A stretch of 64,000 nucleotides of DNA from an uncultured Acidobacteriota bacterium (GTDB lineage: Bacteria; Acidobacteriota; Vicinamibacteria; Fen-336), in NCBI GenBank assembly GCA_963720545.1, contig OY970399.1, positions 288,001 through 352,000 of the forward strand. The letters run 5' to 3'. The notes below the pieces were generated by a model. The model saw only the letters and a program-made list of their open reading frames with translations, searched no databases and was not told the DNA's origin. The translations under genes were made by a program, and so were the position numbers. Shown piece after piece: positions 62,507-64,000 of this stretch. The number at the start of each line of letters is the position of its first letter. Position 1 is the stretch's first letter.

Positions 62507-62549
62507 CTATCCGGATGTAAGGATATAGATACGGATCCAGCCGTGTCAA
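62507..62549 (-). promoter_or_regulatory. Promoter and putative autoregulatory operator of sahR-ahcY
   Basis: Minus strand TTGACA (62549-62544), 18 nt spacer, TATCCT; overlapped by the imperfect palindrome CTATCC-N8-GGATAT (62507-62526). Confidence 0.65.
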
Positions 62550-62667
62550 GACCGATTTCGCCACCCTTGTGGTGGGAAGCACGGCGAACGGTTGCCTCCT
62601 GGGCAAAACGCGCCGTCACCGCCTACACTTGCCGCACACAACCCAGGACGATTATCAGGAGGCATTG

Positions 62668-64000
62668 GTGCGTCGATTGTTCCCTTCCGTAGCGTCATCC
62701 GTCGCAGCGGCCTTTGTCTCGCTCGCGGCCCTGACGCTCCCCGCGGTCGCGCATGCCGGCGTCCTCGGCGTCCCCGTCACTGTCAGCGCCACCGGAACGG
62801 TCACCGGCGATCCCCCCGGCATGTTTGCGATCACCGGCCAGGGCCTTGGCGTGGGCGACGGCGACTCCACGCACCAGATGCGGTTCTTCATCGAGGTCAC
62901 CGGAACAACGCTCGACATACGGGTGTTCGACGCGGGCGCGTCCGGATCGCGCGACGACCCGACGATCGGCAACACGACCTACGCACTCATTTCGCCCACC
63001 GGCACGACACTGGGCAGCGTCAGTATCGGACTCGAAACCCCGCTCGTGACCGACAACCGCGTTGCCCGTTTTCCTCCTTCCCCGGCGATCCTCTTCACCG
63101 CGCTGAACGTCGGCACCGGCTTCACGGGATTGACGCCCGGGCTCTACGAGTTCCGCGTGACGGCGACCGACAGCACTGTCATGGCCAACTGGTTCGGCAT
63201 CGACATCCGGTCCGGCACCGCCGCAGCGGCTCCGCACTACAACGTCTACATCTACAGCCTCGACGACGACCTGACACCTCCTGTCGCCGCCGACACGTCG
63301 CTCGTCCTCTCGGGGGACCTCGGCGCGAATACCGTCTTCTACCCGTTCGTCAACCGCGGCTGTGCCGCGAGCATCTCGGACACCGACGGCGACAGCACCG
63401 GCAGCGCCAGCTTCAACTCCATCCTCACCAGCGGCAATGCCATCACGGTCAGCGCCAACGGCGCCCACACGGAAACGGCGATGACCATCCACACGAGCGG
63501 CACCGCCAACGGCGTGCAGACGCTGGTCAACAACTACGGCATGTGGGCGGTGCAACCGGATTTCAACGACGGCAACTTCACCGACTGGCGCGTCGCCGAC
63601 TTCCAGCTCTGGGAAGACAACGCCGCCAACCGGCCGCGGGATCCCAACGATCCGATACGCACCTATCTGCCGAACGGCTATACGGGCGGCGGCATCGCCA
63701 ACCACACCGCGCCGAGCGAACCCGTGCTGACGGCGATCTACTCGATCGTGAGCGGCGCCAACCCGCCTGCTGTCTCGGTCGTGAGCCGCGTGCAGGTGAC
63801 GGTACCACTGCAGAACAACGGCCCGGCAGCACTCACGCTGAACGGCGCCAACGACCAGATCGTGTCCGGGCTGCCGGCGGCAAACGCCACCAACCTGGGC
63901 AACATCCAGTGCCTGAACAATTCCGGCGGCGCGATCGGCACGCCGGTCAACGGCGGTACCTTCGCCCGCTGCAACTTTTCGGGTGCGGGCGTGACGCTCG
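62668..64000 (+). CDS. Large secreted beta-rich protein, runs off the window
   Basis: Not in the ORF track (no stop in the window); AGGAGG RBS, GTG start, signal peptide MRRLFPSVASSVAAAFVSLAALTLPAVAHA, Thr/Gly/Asn-rich frame with GC-rich third positions. Confidence 0.8.
   Translation, partial: MRRLFPSVASSVAAAFVSLAALTLPAVAHAGVLGVPVTVSATGTVTGDPPGMFAITGQGLGVGDGDSTHQMRFFIEVTGTTLDIRVFDAGASGSRDDPTIGNTTYALISPTGTTLGSVSIGLETPLVTDNRVARFPPSPAILFTALNVGTGFTGLTPGLYEFRVTATDSTVMANWFGIDIRSGTAAAAPHYNVYIYSLDDDLTPPVAADTSLVLSGDLGANTVFYPFVNRGCAASISDTDGDSTGSASFNSILTSGNAITVSANGAHTETAMTIHTSGTANGVQTLVNNYGMWAVQPDFNDGNFTDWRVADFQLWEDNAANRPRDPNDPIRTYLPNGYTGGGIANHTAPSEPVLTAIYSIVSGANPPAVSVVSRVQVTVPLQNNGPAALTLNGANDQIVSGLPAANATNLGNIQCLNNSGGAIGTPVNGGTFARCNFSGAGVTL

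Overview
High-GC bacterial chromosomal segment with about 50 protein genes. I found no rRNA, tRNA, CRISPR array, transposase or integrase. Gene content (fused LptF/LptG, wHTH-TolB-TPR regulator, TPR Ser/Thr kinase) suggests Acidobacteriota, which is an inference. 1-19.3 kb: a divergent surface-glycan locus with a Wzx-like flippase, three paralogous AlkP/NPP-family enzymes, GT4, GT2, a secreted GH-like protein, a giant GT-C with tandem sugar-binding domains, a TPR membrane protein, a TolC + membrane-fusion pair with no pump gene in view, and an ATP-grasp + flavoprotein pair. 27,959-27,986: a XerCD dif-like site flanked by inward-pointing KOPS-like octamers, so the window probably spans the replication terminus. 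The rest is mixed housekeeping and accessory genes: fhs, a kinase-M23-aminotransferase fusion, cardiolipin synthase, mutM, a cold-shock gene, msrA, tag, a complete clpS-clpA-aat/bpt N-degron cluster, lptFG, and sahR-ahcY with a visible promoter and operator. Many genes appear to be leaderless (TANNNT 6-10 nt before the start codon). All calls come from motif recognition by eye; no searches were run.
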